Origin: Moniliella sp. 'wahieum'
Lineage: Eukaryota
DNA length: 64,000 nt
NCBI GenBank assembly: GCA_003971905.1
Contig: RSEE01000043.1
Span: 372,001 to 436,000 of the forward strand
Direction: 5' to 3'
How positions within the stretch are numbered: the first letter of the stretch is position 1; each line of letters opens with the position of its first letter. Made by a program: the position numbers and the translations under genes. This document shows, in pieces, positions 13,616 to 26,960 of the stretch. The notes beneath the pieces were generated by a model. The model made no database searches. It was not told the origin of the DNA and worked only from the letters and a program-made list of their open reading frames with translations.

Positions 13616-15110
13616 ATGAGCTGGGATCTGGACAGTCTTGGCAACAAACTCGCCAACCTGACTGTGTACGATGTCAAGTCTCTCTACCGTCAGGCACGCA
13701 ACTACGCTCTCAACGTCTCCGAGATCGAGGCCAAGGTGGACGAGGCGACCAACTCGGACCCCTGGGGCGCTTCCACCACGCTGATGTACGAGATTGCCCA
13801 GGCAACCCACAACTATGCCGACTTTGGTGAAATTATGCAAGCAATCTTGCGCCGCGCACGAGTGGCGCGAAATCTACAAGGTGCGCCCTCCCTTGCCTCG
13901 CGTGTTGAGCTGCTTGTTCACCTGAAACGTATTGCCGTCGCCCAGGCGCTCGTTCTTCTTGAATACTTGGTCAAGAATGGGGCAGAACGAGTGGTGGATG
14001 ATGCGCGGATGCACATTTCGACCATCAAGATCCTTCGCAACTTCTACTACGTCGAGCCCGAGACGGCGAAGATGGGGGTGTCAATGTCCGCACCCGGGCG
14101 ACCGAGTTAGCCGATATGCTTGGAGATGTGGATCGCATCCGCTCCGAACGGCGCAAAGCGCGCGCCAACCGGGCCAAGTTTGGAGGAGGGGGTGGCGGCG
14201 GTGACTTTGTTCCTGGCTCGGGAGCTGGTCGTTTTGCTGGCTTCTCCTCTGACCAATACTTTGGCTCGGGTGGCTTGGCTAGCGACCATACCTCCTATTC
14301 GGGCGGGGGTGACGCAGGCACCTCCTCGTACGATGTTGGACACGACGAATACGACGCAGGTGCCGACGAAAGGCCTGCCCCGCGCTCGGCCGGCCGTGCA
14401 CCAGCACGGCAAGCCAGTTCTTCCTCCGCGGCGGGCCAACTGCTACTGTAGCAACCCCAGCGCCGCCGGTTCCTGCAGTGGCAGATTTGTTGGACTGGGA
14501 GGACAGCGATGATGATAAACCCTTGCGCCCAGCGCCTGCAGCCGTCCCTGCGTCGGTCTGTCCCCGCCCCGGTCACGAACAATACAAAGGGCAAAGCCGC
14601 AAGGCCTTTGGATGACTTTGGTGATTTCGGCGACTTCGCCACTTCGATCCCGCTGCTGCTGCGCCCTCGTTGATGCTCCGTCCCTCGCGCCGGCGGCTCT
14701 AGCTCCTGCGCGATGTCCGCCGCGGCTGCACTCCGTCCGCTCTAGCAGCCGCTCCCGCCCCTGCGCCCGTGCAGCCCCTAAGGCCAATGCAGCCATGTTT
14801 GACTTTTTGGCTCCGAGCCAGAGTGGAGGTCGAACGACAGGTGCGGGGGTAGGGATGGCTCAGAGCGGATCATTTGTTTCTTCTCTTCCTCTCTTACTGG
14901 TACAGGCGGAACCAAAGCCACTGCCTGCAGCCCAAGTAACCAGCGCTGGTGGGTTTGATGATCTGTGGGCCGCAGCCGGCCCAAAACGGCGCCGGCGCCC
15001 GAAGCCCCCAAGACCATGGCCAGTTGGCCGCCAGCAATCAGCCAATGCAGTGGGGGTGGTGGGGCAGCACAAGGGGGCAGCAAGCCAAGGATGTGTTTGA
15101 CTTGCTCTAG
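13616..15110 (+). CDS. ENT3: ENTH-domain epsin-like clathrin adaptor (Ent3/EpsinR type)
   Basis: LTVYDVKSLYRQARNYALNVSEIEAKVDEATNSDPWGASTTLMYEIAQAT; LLEYLVKNGAERVVDDAR; DDFGDFGDF motifs; ends DVFDLL*. Intron about 13881-13945. Confidence 0.88.
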
Positions 15111-15953
15111 GAGTCGCAGGCCCCGTGCGAGCGCTCTAGAGCTTAGGGGTGACTAGGTAGTGTCGGTCAACTTGCTATCATGGAGGGAAGCAGGCGTCGA
15201 CGGTAACGCTGACACGAGAGTAGAAGCGTTTGCGAACGTCGGTTCGCTTGGTCACATGTGCGTGGGTCTTCTGGGTGATGCTCTATTTGGGCATGATGGT
15301 GAATGCGATGCCCAAAACGACACGTCCAGCCGCACTCCAGCTATTGGGCGCATATAGGAGATGGATGCTGGTACGTGGATGCTGAACTAAAGGGAAGCTG
15401 CAAGTCAACCGTAGATGTGTGGCTGGTCGAGATTCACGGGTACCTACGAAATCGTCAAACCACACCAGCTCATCTCTATTTGGCTGCAGGATGTATCGAC
15501 TATGGTGTCGCAGCTGGGTGGTGCCAACAATAGAGAGAGAGAGCGACAGTCCACTGCAATTCAGCCTCCCCTGTCGACACGGTTCCTCGAGAACGAGATT
15601 GCGGCCATCTGGTCCTCCTTCTCCTTTAACCAGAGGTCGCCACGCGCGCATTTGTCATCCACTGCCGCATCGCAACAACCAGTACTGGCAAACCACGCAA
15701 GACGCTTTGATCGCGCTGTCTCCAATGCGTGCTATTTTGCGGGCGCATGAAAAGCAACTCAATTGTCACTTGGCACTGATGTGCCCTAACACCAAGGCGT
15801 CTCTCCAATACACGAGCCTACTGGCATGACAACTCCTACAGGATCTACTGGGGACCTCGTGAGAACATGGGAGGAAATGGGTGGGGGATGGTTCAGGACA
15901 TGTTACAGTCAAAGCTTGCGGGCTCCTAGAGCCTTTTGGACCGACCCGAGAGC

Positions 15954-18624
15954 TTAGGCCGCTATCTGACCCGGGAACCCGCGGGTGAACTGGTTGCGGT
16001 TTCGCGTGCCGCGACCCCGAGGGGCCGGACCGCCGCGCCGACGGCGCTCGCCCAGGCCCGTAGTCTCCGGTGCAGCACCACCCGTGGCCTGGGCGCCCCG
16101 CTGCAACTCGGCAGAAAGCGTCTTCTCGTTGGTTTCCAGCAGGGCCGCCGCTTTGTCCGCCAAGGCCGAGGCCAGGGGGTGCAGACGCGGTTGCGCCGCC
16201 CCCGAGCGGAAGAGCCGGCGGGCAAGGTGAAGCGGACCACATTGTCCACGGCATCCAGCCTGGCCGACGGCAACTCGTCTGACCAGATCATTTTGCTCAC
16301 CAGAGCACGGGCCTTGCCCAGCGGGATTCCAAACTGCGTGGCGAGCGACACGAGGGAGAGGGTCTCATAGTGCGCCGCGTAGGAGAAGAGCCAGGTACGG
16401 ATGCCAGCAGCTTGAATGTGCGCATCCAACTTGGCCAGCACCTTCTCCTGGTCCGGCAGCAGCGACCAAATCGTGATCTCACGGATCAGCTGGCTCGAGC
16501 TGGCCCAGTCCCCACCCTGCAGAGCCCGCGACGCAGCGATCACATGGTCCCGCATGTTCTCGGGCGGGCCAGAGAAGACCTGCCGGTCGGCATAGTCCAG
16601 CATCCGCCGGAGCGGGCGGGAGATGACCCGACGCCGGGCCGCCTCGGGGTCCATGCTGGCCGAGGCACGGGCCAGGTGGGGGATCTCGAGGAGCATACTG
16701 GCGGTGAGGTAGATGGCCTCGAGCAGTTCAAGGTTGATATGCAAGTGGAAGGGGACGGCAAGACGCTTCTCCGCCGCCTCTTGCTCGGGGGAGAGTTGGT
16801 TGCGCTCCGTCGCGCGCTGAGCTCCTTGAGCTAGCAACTCTCGTGCCCGGCCATGTGCAAACAGTTCCTGCAGCGCCGCTTGGGCATCCTTCACCGCGCC
16901 CGCCCGGAACGCCGCCGCACCCAGCTGAGCAACGACTCGGTTGTACAAGATCTGCGTCGCAGCATCGGCACGGTGGATCGCTTCCTGGAGGTGGCTCATA
17001 AGGAACAAGTCGCGCGCGCCGTGGTAGCGCCCTTGGAGGCGACATGGTAGACTTGGCACAACATCGAACGAGTCTTGAGCCGCTCCGCATCAATTGCCTG
17101 GCTGGCATACAAGCGCGTGCAGAGCGCACGAACCAGGGCACTCGTCCCGTTAGGCGCCGCAATCACCTCGGGCGCTGGAGTGACCTTGGAGACAAACGGC
17201 GCCGCCGAGGCGTAGGTGTCGGCGACCGCGCGCTCAAGCGCCTGCGTGATGGGCTCTTGCTTCGCATAGACGTGCTCAAGACGACGGGCCAGCACACGGT
17301 CCACCGCCAGACCCTGCTCACGCAGCTCAAAGTATAGCTGCGAACGGATGATAACAGCATACAACCGTTCTCGTCTGCCAGACGCTCGACATACTCGGGC
17401 GTGTGTGGATCAATGGCGCGAAGAGAGGCGTTGAACTCATCGTCCAACCGTTCCACAAACGAGACAAGGTTCCCGCGCACCGCCACAACGGGTCCCTCCC
17501 CGTTCACGTTGGGCTTGCGGTCCTCCTCATCGTCGTACTCAGGGGTCTGTTCCGCAATGACGTAGCTCGGCTCGGCGGCGAGAATCTCAAACAGAGCGAG
17601 CAGGTCCTTGCGCGCCGCCTCCCACCGGTCCACAGGAAGGTACGCGTGGTTCGTACTGTTGTAGTCAAACCGGATCGCCAACAACGCCATCTGAACACGA
17701 ATCTTCTGGTACGCGCCTGACGCCACCCCAGCCAACGCCTCCAACGTTGCAATCTGCCCGGCGCGGTCGGTCGTCTTGCGCCCACGAGCCTCCATGATGG
17801 CAGCCATGGTCTTGAACAGGCCTTCGGACGAGATAGTCGTCGTCTTCCCACCACGACCAACAGTCTCAAACCCGTCCTCGCCCGCCTGCTGAGCAGGCTC
17901 CACAACCGGAGCGCCAAAGCGAACGCCAATGGCACCGGCCGGGGGGAGTAGGGGCCACGGGGGCGGAGCCTCAGTCTCGGCAATCGCCGCCTCGGCTTTT
18001 GCAACAAACGCATCCGAGTCCTCGCGGAAAGCAGCAACCTCCTTCTCGTGCTCGCGAACCATTTTGCGGAGCTTCTGGGAAACCGTGTTAAGCGCACGCG
18101 CGTTGATAGCGTTCATCTGCTTTTTCTTGGGCTTGGCCTCGGTCGCGAGCGTGTCCAGCTCGGCAAGGGTGCGAATGAAGATAGGTCCCACTGGCTCGCC
18201 CAAGCTGCGCTGCCGGTCCGCCAAGCGCACAATCTCATCCCATCCACGCGAGATGGACGCCCAGTCGTTAATCCGCCGAGCATTGTTCAGACTGCTGGCC
18301 GCTGCGATCAGTTCCTCCGCACGCTTCTGCCGCGCCGATTTGACGACCTTGGGCGCATCGGAGTCCGAGTCCGAATCCGAATCGTCTCCGCCACGAAGGA
18401 AACGGTTCTTCTTGGCGGCACCGCCATCCTCGTCGCTGGACATGTCCTCGTCGGAATCTTCGTCCGAGTCCGAGTCGGAATCGTCGTCCGAGTCGGAACG
18501 CATGAAAGCATTCTTCTTGGGTCGGCTTGGGCGCCTCATCCTCCGAAGAGGAGAGGAGGGACTCCTCGTCCGAGTCGGACGACGAGCTCTCGCTGTCGCT
18601 GTTGACGCGGCGGAAGAAGGACAT
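15954..18624 (-). CDS. NIP1: Translation initiation factor eIF3 subunit c
   Basis: Acidic Ser/Asp-rich N-terminus MSFFRRVNSDSESSSSDSDEE; KVVKSA; ARGRKTTDR; ERLDDEF..IDPHTPEYVERL; PFHLHINLELLE; FSGPPENMRDHV; PCI-type C-terminus. Confidence 0.93.
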
Positions 18625-19300
18625 GGTGGTGGTGAACGCAGCCCCTGGTGGGTGCGACGGCACGCAAGGCGGCAGGGGTGCGCACGCAACACTCCCCTCT
18701 CGCCTGTCGCAAAAAGGAGCAGAAAAAATCAGCACTGCAGGAGAGCGGCGTTTACGTAACCGCTCTTCCTTCTTTCCGGCACAGGTCGCATGTTACAGGT
18801 CACATGACCAAGGGAGGTCCCATTTTTCAGGTGGTATATATGCGCACTACGCACACACCGCTTCGTCTAGTGCAATATGCCATTAATGGCGCACAGGGTG
18901 GTCGTTATCTAAAAGCTTGTCATCAAGAACCCCAAGCAGACGGTACCTATGAAGCAGCCACAACTTCACGATGGAGGCGGGAGCAGAACGTATGAGGATG
19001 CAAGGGCGCGGGACCACCCAGCAAAATAATTGACAGAAAAAGCGATCACACAGTAGCGGGAAAGATCCTTTTTTTGTTTTGTGAAAAGGGGGTATATACT
19101 GGGAGGGTAGACATAAGATGTGGTCGCATTTTGATGCGCAAGTTGGGGGGAGTCTGTATGAGAGGGAGGAGGAGGATATGAGGAGATGAAAAAATGGAAA
19201 AGGAAGGAGTATGGAAAGAATAACACAGAGAAAGGGGAAAAAGAATGCGAATGTGGTGTTAGACGACGCCCAACACGAAAACGAGGAGTAAACATTGCGT

Positions 19301-20806
19301 TCATCCTTGCGCTGGGACGATAGCATGGGGACCTTTTGGACGCGAGAGAGATCTCAGCAGTGCATCGATCTCTTTGAAGTTATCGTCATTCCGCGCGAAG
19401 CGAAGGTGACGATGTGAGGTCTCATGTTCCTCTAGATCTTCAAACTTGACCCGGCAGTTTTCGCAGTATCCAGGGTTTTTGTCTTTAGCTCGGCGGTAGC
19501 GTGGGCTCATAATGACCCCGGCCGCATGCAGTTCCATAAACTCACGTACGGCGCTACGCGGCACTGTTGATGGTGAGGACGGGGGAGTAAAGGTAGGCCG
19601 AATGGGGGATGCGGCCATGCGTGGCACAGACGGGGTTCCCTTTCCCCACGATACAGCAGGGTCAGGAATGCCAAGACGTCTGGAACCACCAAAGCCGGTG
19701 AAGCTTTCATTCCTACCCACTTCGTCCACGCTGAGAGGGGGATGCGTTCGCCAAGGTGGGAGTTCGGGGGGAGGCATGGGCTACCATACCCCCTGCCCCA
19801 GGGTCAGACGTAGGCTCCTCGTTCCAGGTGTTCTTCTGGTTTCGACTCGCGTCAATCATATCGGTTTGGTCGAGAATCACGCGAAGGAACGCCAACTGTT
19901 CGGCGTCGTTTCTTTGCGCCGTCGCGAGGAGGGGGCAGCAAATGGACATCGCCCCTCCCCATCGTTGTACAGCACAGGCCATGGTGTTGCTAGTTCGCCT
20001 TTTTGGGGGTAGACAAACCTTTCAAAGTACACGGGACGGCAGGCTTGCGTTGCGTCTTCCACCAAGAGTGTAGCACAGTCCTTGCCCAAAGGGGCATATG
20101 TGCCCGCCAGTACATACTTCCTAGAATGGGCATCCCACGCATACTCGTACCCGTCCGCTTCAAGAGCCATGGGGCTGTAGTTGGACACTCGCTGTTGTAA
20201 GGCAGTGCGGATGGGCGGGGCAGGGACGATGCAGAGGAGTTGTCGGCAACCGCAAGGGTGTGAAGACCAATGTCGAGTGGCTGTTGGGCAACAGGCACTG
20301 AATCCACGAACAGATCGGTAGCACCATCAAAAATGTTGAGGATGGTGAGCAGCTCTGAAACGAATCCGGTGTTAGCAGTAGGATCTGATACAGTCTTATC
20401 TCTCAGTGGTGGCGATCAAAAACCTGAAAAGGGTATACGCACTGTCCCGCTCCCAGATGTGAATGTTCATGCGGGTTGCTTTCGCCACGAGGCCATCCCT
20501 CTCGCTTAAGCGGGGCTGCATTTGCTTGGGAGTGGTGGACACCTCATGGCTGCTGATGCCTGCGTAAGAGAGTGGATTGTTGTTGGTGCGCTTGAGAGAT
20601 ACAGGACCAGCAAGGACGAGATGGGTGCATTGCTGGCTGAAGCAATGTTCGACGCGTGCACCGTGCGCGGAAATGCGGCGTGCGATACGGTTATGTTCGT
20701 CTGCGTCGACACCGTCAAGGAAGAAAGTGTAAGCGGGGAAGACATGGTGGTACTTGGTGCGATACGAGTCCAGTTCGGCACGCATGTCGCGCTCGCGGAC
20801 GGGCAT
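19301..20806 (-). CDS. DBF4: Cdc7 kinase regulatory subunit Dbf4/Dfp1
   Basis: N-motif FPAYTFFLDG..GARVEHCFSQQCTHLV, M-motif LLVEDATQACRP, and C-terminal zf-DBF NPGYCENCRVKFEDLEEHETSHRHLRFARNDDNFKEIDALL. Confidence 0.85.
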
Positions 20807-22045
20807 AGTGGGCGGGGTGAGGGGAGGATGAAAGGGTTGGAAGTTGTGCGGATGATGGTGTGAGAGTGAGAGTAAAAAGCAGCGAGATGAGGATGAGGAG
20901 AGAAGGAAGAGGAAAGGGAAAGGGAGGGATGGTGGCAAACGGACGACGGCGCCACAGTTCGTGTCCTGATTGGTATTCACTATCGTCAATAATCAAAACA
21001 CCTCTGTCAGCTCACAGAGTATGAGTACTTTTGGAGTACTTTGAACTTACGACGCGCGGTATTGTAATGCGGCGCAGCGTGCTATCGTCCGTTTTTTTTT
21101 GTGCGTGCGATCCACACTACGTTTTGCGGCGGTGTGGCTACCTGAGCGCATCAGCGCATCAGCGCCTGGGCCCGGCCTCTGTTGATGCATGCGAAGGCGC
21201 TGAATGTCGGGTCAGTACGGTCAGTACTCAGTACTCAGTCTGAGTGGTCAACGCCTGGTGTGCCTCCGGAGTCTGGACGAGCGGCGCAGGCAACCTTTTT
21301 AATACTATCACTCTGGCTGAAGCTTGAAGCAAGCCCCTGGCTCTGCTGCGTGTCTCGGCCTTTTGCGTACTCGATGATATGGGCTGTTGGCTGCGCAAAG
21401 GGGGAACTTTCTCCAGGGGCTGTCCCCCCTCTGTTGCCTGTGCGTTTGGCGGTGAGTGTTGGCTGAGATATTATAATCTCCTCGGTCCTGATCTGATCGT
21501 CTAGATAAGATACGTATCGATCTGTCTGGTTGCTTGCTTACGCCGTCGCGTATGTCCTCTGTGCACTGCTGCAGGCACCGGACGCAGCACGGTGTAATGG
21601 GCTACTCAAAGAACGCTCAGCGCTCACACAGCTCAGGCTCTCTCTGCCCTCTCATATTCACCGGCCGCGCGGCAGAGTTGCAACTGAAGATCTCAATGAT
21701 CGGGATGAGGACGGGGTGGTTGGACGGGGAATTCCCTCTGAGATCTGAGGCCAGAAGCCAATTTCCACCCTTCATTAGGATCCAGGTGCTCCACTCGAGA
21801 TCTGATGGCCATATCCTCCTTGATTGCGCTATGGAGTTAACAATACTTAGTCTGAACTGGGACATAAGACACTTTAGGGCAGTGGTTACCCCGTTCGCCT
21901 GCTATATGGAGCACCTTGCAACAAGGGCCAGCGAATCCTCTCTGAGGGCGTGAGTTCGAATCTCACAGTGTCGTTCTTTTGCAGTTTTATTTTGAGCAAC
22001 CCAAAATTGAAATCGAGCCGCGCCACCCCCGCCTGCCAACTTGCG

Positions 22046-22056
22046 ACGCGACGCGT
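22046..22056 (+). promoter_or_regulatory. Tandem MCB-like element ACGCGACGCGT upstream of PSF3
   Basis: Matches the MBF site ACGCG(T) and lies about 55 bp upstream of a replication gene. Confidence 0.5.
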
Positions 22057-22110
22057 GGAAAACCGACACCTGTTTGGCTTGCCTCTGCTCCCACTACCAA
22101 CCTAGGCTCG

Positions 22111-22800
22111 ATGAATCGCTCCTACTGGGACATTGACTCGGTTGCAGCTGAGCACCAGGTACGCCCTTCAGTTGCTCCATATGCGTTCATGCTAACGCGA
22201 TGCAGCGCATTCCTGTCACGTTCAACATGGCCGTTCCTGGCCTGGGCCATCTCGCGGGTGGGGGTGAAGCGGATCTACCGAGCGGCTCGCGGCTGGATAT
22301 CCCCTTCTGGATGGCTGAGCCATTACTTCTCGAGCTCGGTGCCAGTGTGGGGTGACCCTGCAGCGTCCAGGGGTATGGGCAGAGAGTGCAGAACGCGCTG
22401 GACGCCTCGGGTCCCTCGGTCGACCTGCGCCGCCTTTCTCCGGCGTGGTATGCCGTCGGCGCCCGTCTGGCAGCAATTGCCAACGAATTGACTGGTCCTG
22501 TGCAGCAGGCATACGAGGCCCGCCTTCCTGCCCTGTGGGCCGCTGCCACTCATCTCAGCACCGCTTCCAGGCTGTCTTTCTGCCCCGGCTTTTTGTGCGG
22601 CCGATGGCCTGGCGGATGCTACGCCAGGAGGTGCCGAACCCTCTGCCGGTGCCATTTCGAGCGCCGGCACGGGTGGAGGTTCGAATGCCTTAACTCAGGA
22701 AATGTCTGACTTTCTTCATGGGCTTGATGATCGCGAACAGGCCGTCTTGGGTGCCACCAATGCTGCCAACAACCTCTCCAGAGCTTACCTCACAGGGTAA
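22111..22800 (+). CDS. PSF3: GINS complex subunit Psf3
   Basis: MNRSYWDIDSVAAEHQ|RIPVTFNMAVPGLGHL..LDIPFWMA..VQNALDASGPSVDLRRLSPAWY..FLHGLDDRE. Intron about 22159-22205. Confidence 0.85.
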
Positions 22801-23275
22801 CCAAGTGCATCATCTGTCCCGCCATGTTACTCGTTCTCAGGGGGAGAGGCATCTGTCTCTCGCTCACTGCAACTACCTCCTCATGTGGCCATGAGCATCC
22901 TTGTTCCGACAGTGGGAGCTGTGCGGGTTTGCGTTTGATCAGCCTCAGAGGGTTTGTAATCTACATCTATTGCATGCTCATTACCACCTCTCCGATGTGC
23001 CAGTGGAAGGGGCTAACACCAATAGCGATCGCTACAGCCCCATCCGCCCGTCATGCCCCGGCGCTGAAAGCCATTGCTCCCAGCTAGCCATTGGGTGTCC
23101 AATGCGTGGTCGTAGTCGTAGGCCTCGAGGATCTGATCTTGTCCAAATATGAGCTCAGGAGGGGGCAGAGGTTGATTACGTCATCCACTCGCTTTGTGCA
23201 CCGTCGCCTCCAGTGGGCTCACAGTGGGCTCACAGTGACCACACCACCGTCACGATCCATTCACCGCCACCAATC

Positions 23276-24122
23276 ATGTCGACGACAGAGCAGGAAATCT
23301 TCCCTGAGGGGAGAACGCCAGCCCACACGACAAGACCGCATGGCACGAATTTCTCCACAACGAGGAGATGTACCAGCAAGGCCAAGCTGGGAACGAGCGC
23401 GCCCCCAGTCCAGCGCCCGCACCTGCGTCCCGACCCTTACCGCCCTCCGACCCCGAGGCTGCGGCTACCGCGGCGGCCCAGGCGGCCGTTGCGGCCCAGG
23501 AGGCGCAAGCTGTGGCGGAAGCACAGGCAGCTGCGGCATTTGCAACTCCCGAGAGGGAGAAGCGCCAGAGTGGGTCAAAGAGGCCCCTGGACGGGTCAAA
23601 GCGCGCAGCGCAAAACCGCCGCGCTCAAGCCGCGTTTCGGCGCCGCCGTGATCTAAATTTCGGGAACTTTCTGAGCAGGTTGCCCAGCTTCCTGATATCC
23701 AGAACATGCACATCATTCTTGCCCAGCGCGTTGCCGAAACGCAGGACATGGTCGCCCAGCTCAAATCAGAGCAAGAGTCTTTACGCCACGCTGTGATGAC
23801 CTTAGGGGGCGCTCCACCCCCCGAGACCCCAATCCCCGCCTTTTTCGATGCCCATCTCATCCTCTCTGCTCACCAGGCACTCGGTCAGGTGGATACTACT
23901 CCCTCTGCGGACGATACAGAGAGCCAAGCGTTGCAAGGCTTGATGGATGCCGCGATTGCGGCACCGAGAGCTGAGGAGAGCAAGACGGCTGAGGAAGGTC
24001 TACACCTCAACTGCCTCAGCCTACATGATCTCCTCAACATTCATTACCCCCCTCGCGTCCAGGTTCTCTTCTTGCTTTCGCCTCTCTTTTTGTCTTGTCT
24101 GTATACGTATGAGACCAAGTAG
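23276..24122 (+). CDS. bZIP transcription factor (Yap/AP-1-like basic region)
   Basis: Basic region SKRAAQNRRAQAAFRRRR followed by a frameshifted coiled-coil segment (..VAETQDMVAQLKSEQESLRHAV). The 3' end is uncertain. Confidence 0.75.
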
Positions 24123-24192
24123 CGTGGACATAAAGCATTGAGTAGAGAATGGTGGCGTCAGGCCATGCGGTGTGCAGGCACAAGTCATTTCG

Positions 24193-26960
24193 TTAGCGGG
24201 TCTCCAGGCTGGATGCGCGGGCTCCCATGATATCAACCAGCCGCTTCACCCCAAACCACCATGCAGTTCGGCCAGTGCGGAGTTTCATGTCGGCTTCCCT
24301 CGCCATCTCTCGTGCGGTCGTCATTTGAATTGAGGATCCACGGATCGTGATGATCGCTGCCGAAGACGGATCGAAGGGTTCATCAGTCAAGCGCTGTTGC
24401 TGCGCGCGGTAAATCTCAGCTTCGGCGTCGGCTTCTGAGTCCTCCTCGATTTCACGGATTGCCTCCTCGGTGGGCTCATACCACGCGACGTCCCGAGCCA
24501 ATTCGGGACGCGCCTTGCCCTCGATCCATTGGCAGCAACGCAGGGCGAGACGCGTAGCCCGGCACCGGTCCAAGGGAGAAGGTGTCCCACCTTGCAATGT
24601 ATGGCCAAGCGATGCAGAGCGAGCATCAAACAAGGGGTGACCCTCTTCCTTGAAGATGGATGTAAGCACGTCCGTGGTGAACACTTTGCTAGAATGGTCG
24701 TTGCGAGAGAAGGCGCCCTCGGACTTGCTTGCTTCGTCCAGGCTGTACCTCTTTTTGAGCCATTCCACGTCTTTCTGTAGCTGTTGGAGGCTCAAACCCA
24801 TCTCGGGGATGTAGGTCAGAGAGGCATCGGTGGCCAAGCCTCCGAGCACGGCCAGATATCCACAATTGCCCCCCTGAGTCTCCACCACAAACACACGGTT
24901 CCGACTCGCCCGCGCCGATTGCTTGATCGCATCGCAGGCTTGTACCAAGGCGTTGAGGGAAGTGTCAACCCAAGGGAGAAATCGTTGAGAGGCACATTGT
25001 TGCTCAGCGTGGCGGGGATGGCAACAAGAGGGATACGGTAGGCAGGGTACTGACCCCGAGCATCGTCCATCAGCTTGACTGCATGGAATGCCTCGAAGCC
25101 CCCAATGAGCATCAGACCATCGAGACCATGGTGCTGCAGCTTGCTTGCTACAGCCCATAATCAATCGAGGGGAGCACACGGTTGGTTCCCAACTCGGAGC
25201 CGCCACGTACGGTCCAGTTATCGACGCGAAGCCAGTCAACCTCTTGCACATTGTCTTCCAGCAGGCCTGGGAAGCCGTTGGAGATCAAAACGGGAACATG
25301 ACCTCGGGCAATAAAGTACCGGACCATGGTCCGTGTAGCCGCGTTCATTCCGCCGGCAGGAGCACCAATGTGCATGATTCCCACCCGCATCCGACTCTCC
25401 TCATCGACCTTGTAGGCAGGGTTGATCTCAGAGATGTACTTCCAAGCGCTCAAGTCCTCAGCAAACGTCTCACCGCGTGCTTTGAGGGCGTCACCGAACC
25501 GCTTCTCCGCAATCGCTTCCGCCACAGCTTTGGTCTGCTCAATCGCATATTTGAGTGGCACACGGATAATCTTGTTTTCCCGTGTGCCAATAACGTACGA
25601 GGGCGTCTCGGGTGTAGCCTGAAGCAGAGCCTTGACCGCCTCGACAGCTTGGAGGGTTGATAGAACACGATCATTGGCATCGGGGCTCCCGCCACGCTGC
25701 GTGTGACCAAGTGTGGTGACCCGAGTGTCGAGGCCAAGCTTGTCAGATAGGACGTGAGCGATATCGGTCGCCTTGATTGGGTTCAAGTTCTTGTCGATCG
25801 CTCCCTCGGCGACAATGACGATTGTCTTGCGCTTGCCTGCCTCGCGGTGCTTGTGCAGCACCCGACACATTTCCTGTGCCCATCCGTGCTCTCCTTCCTC
25901 GCCCCCCTCGGCTTCGGCATCGTTGCACAGAGGCGGCTGCTCGGGGATGAAAATGTAGTCGGCGCCCGTGGCAATGGCGCATTGCAGGGCGATCCAACCA
26001 CAGTTGCGCCCCATCACTTCCACCACAAACGCACGCGAATGCGAAGCGGCGGTAGAAGAAATGGAGTCGACCGCCTCGCAAGCACGGTGAGGGCAGTGGA
26101 GCAGCCGATGGTCATGTCGGTGGTGGCCAAGTCATTGTCGATCGACCCGACCAGACCAACGATGCGGAGGTGCTTAAACTTGTCGTACTGCACTTGGGTG
26201 ATCTTGCCTTCTGCAAGCAGCGCGCTAACGTGGTCTGGCCATTCTTTCCGGAGAATGTCGGTACCAGTCAAACTGCCATCGCCACCCACCACGGCGAGAC
26301 AGTCGATTCCGTGGGAGATGAGGTTGAATGCAGCTTGACGCCGGTACTCGGCCTGGCGGAACTCGAGACAGCGTGCGGTACCAATCAACGTACCACCCTA
26401 GTGAGCAGTGTTAGTGTACGAGATTCGGAAGAAGAAAGGGGTAAACGTACCTGTTCCGACCATCCGCGGACATCGTCCCACCCACGCGGATAATATACCG
26501 CCCTTTAAGGCCCGTGTCAGCCGCTCCTCCCACGCCCTCCCGCAGGAGCTCTCCGTATCCATAGGTGGGCACAAAGCGTTGATGCTTGTGTGGTAAGGTT
26601 TTTCCCACGGGAAGCGATAGCCAGCACCACCGCCGATGGAAAGACTGGGAACGTGGTCGGCCGCGTAAATGTTAGGCGTCATCGCCGGACTGGGCATGGA
26701 CGACTGCACAGGGGTCGGCTGGGGACTGGTATGGGTGGTGGCCGATTCGGCATTCGTGTTTCCCTGGACAAGGCCTGACAGGCCCTCGCGAATGACATAG
26801 GCCTCACAGCCCTTGTAGAGGGCAAACTTAACCACTGCCCGCACCGCCGCGTTCATCCCGGCGGCGTCGCCGCCAGAGGTCATGACGGCGATGCGGGTCT
26901 TGGTTTGCTGGTTGGCGCCGGGCACAGCCGAAACAGAGCGGCTCTTGGCGTGTAAGACAT
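24193..26960 (-). CDS. PFK1: 6-phosphofructokinase (eukaryotic two-domain type)
   Basis: [96 protein letters not shown]. Intron about 26450..26398. Confidence 0.96.

Noticed and set aside
15160..15830. Short ORFs between the convergent ENT3 and NIP1 ends
   Set aside because: No motif or consistent frame. Treated as 3' UTR or intergenic DNA.
6550..26960. Mass pseudogenisation or programmed frameshifting
   Set aside because: The lesions hit essential genes indiscriminately at homopolymers while amino-acid motifs stay intact. Assembly error is far more parsimonious.
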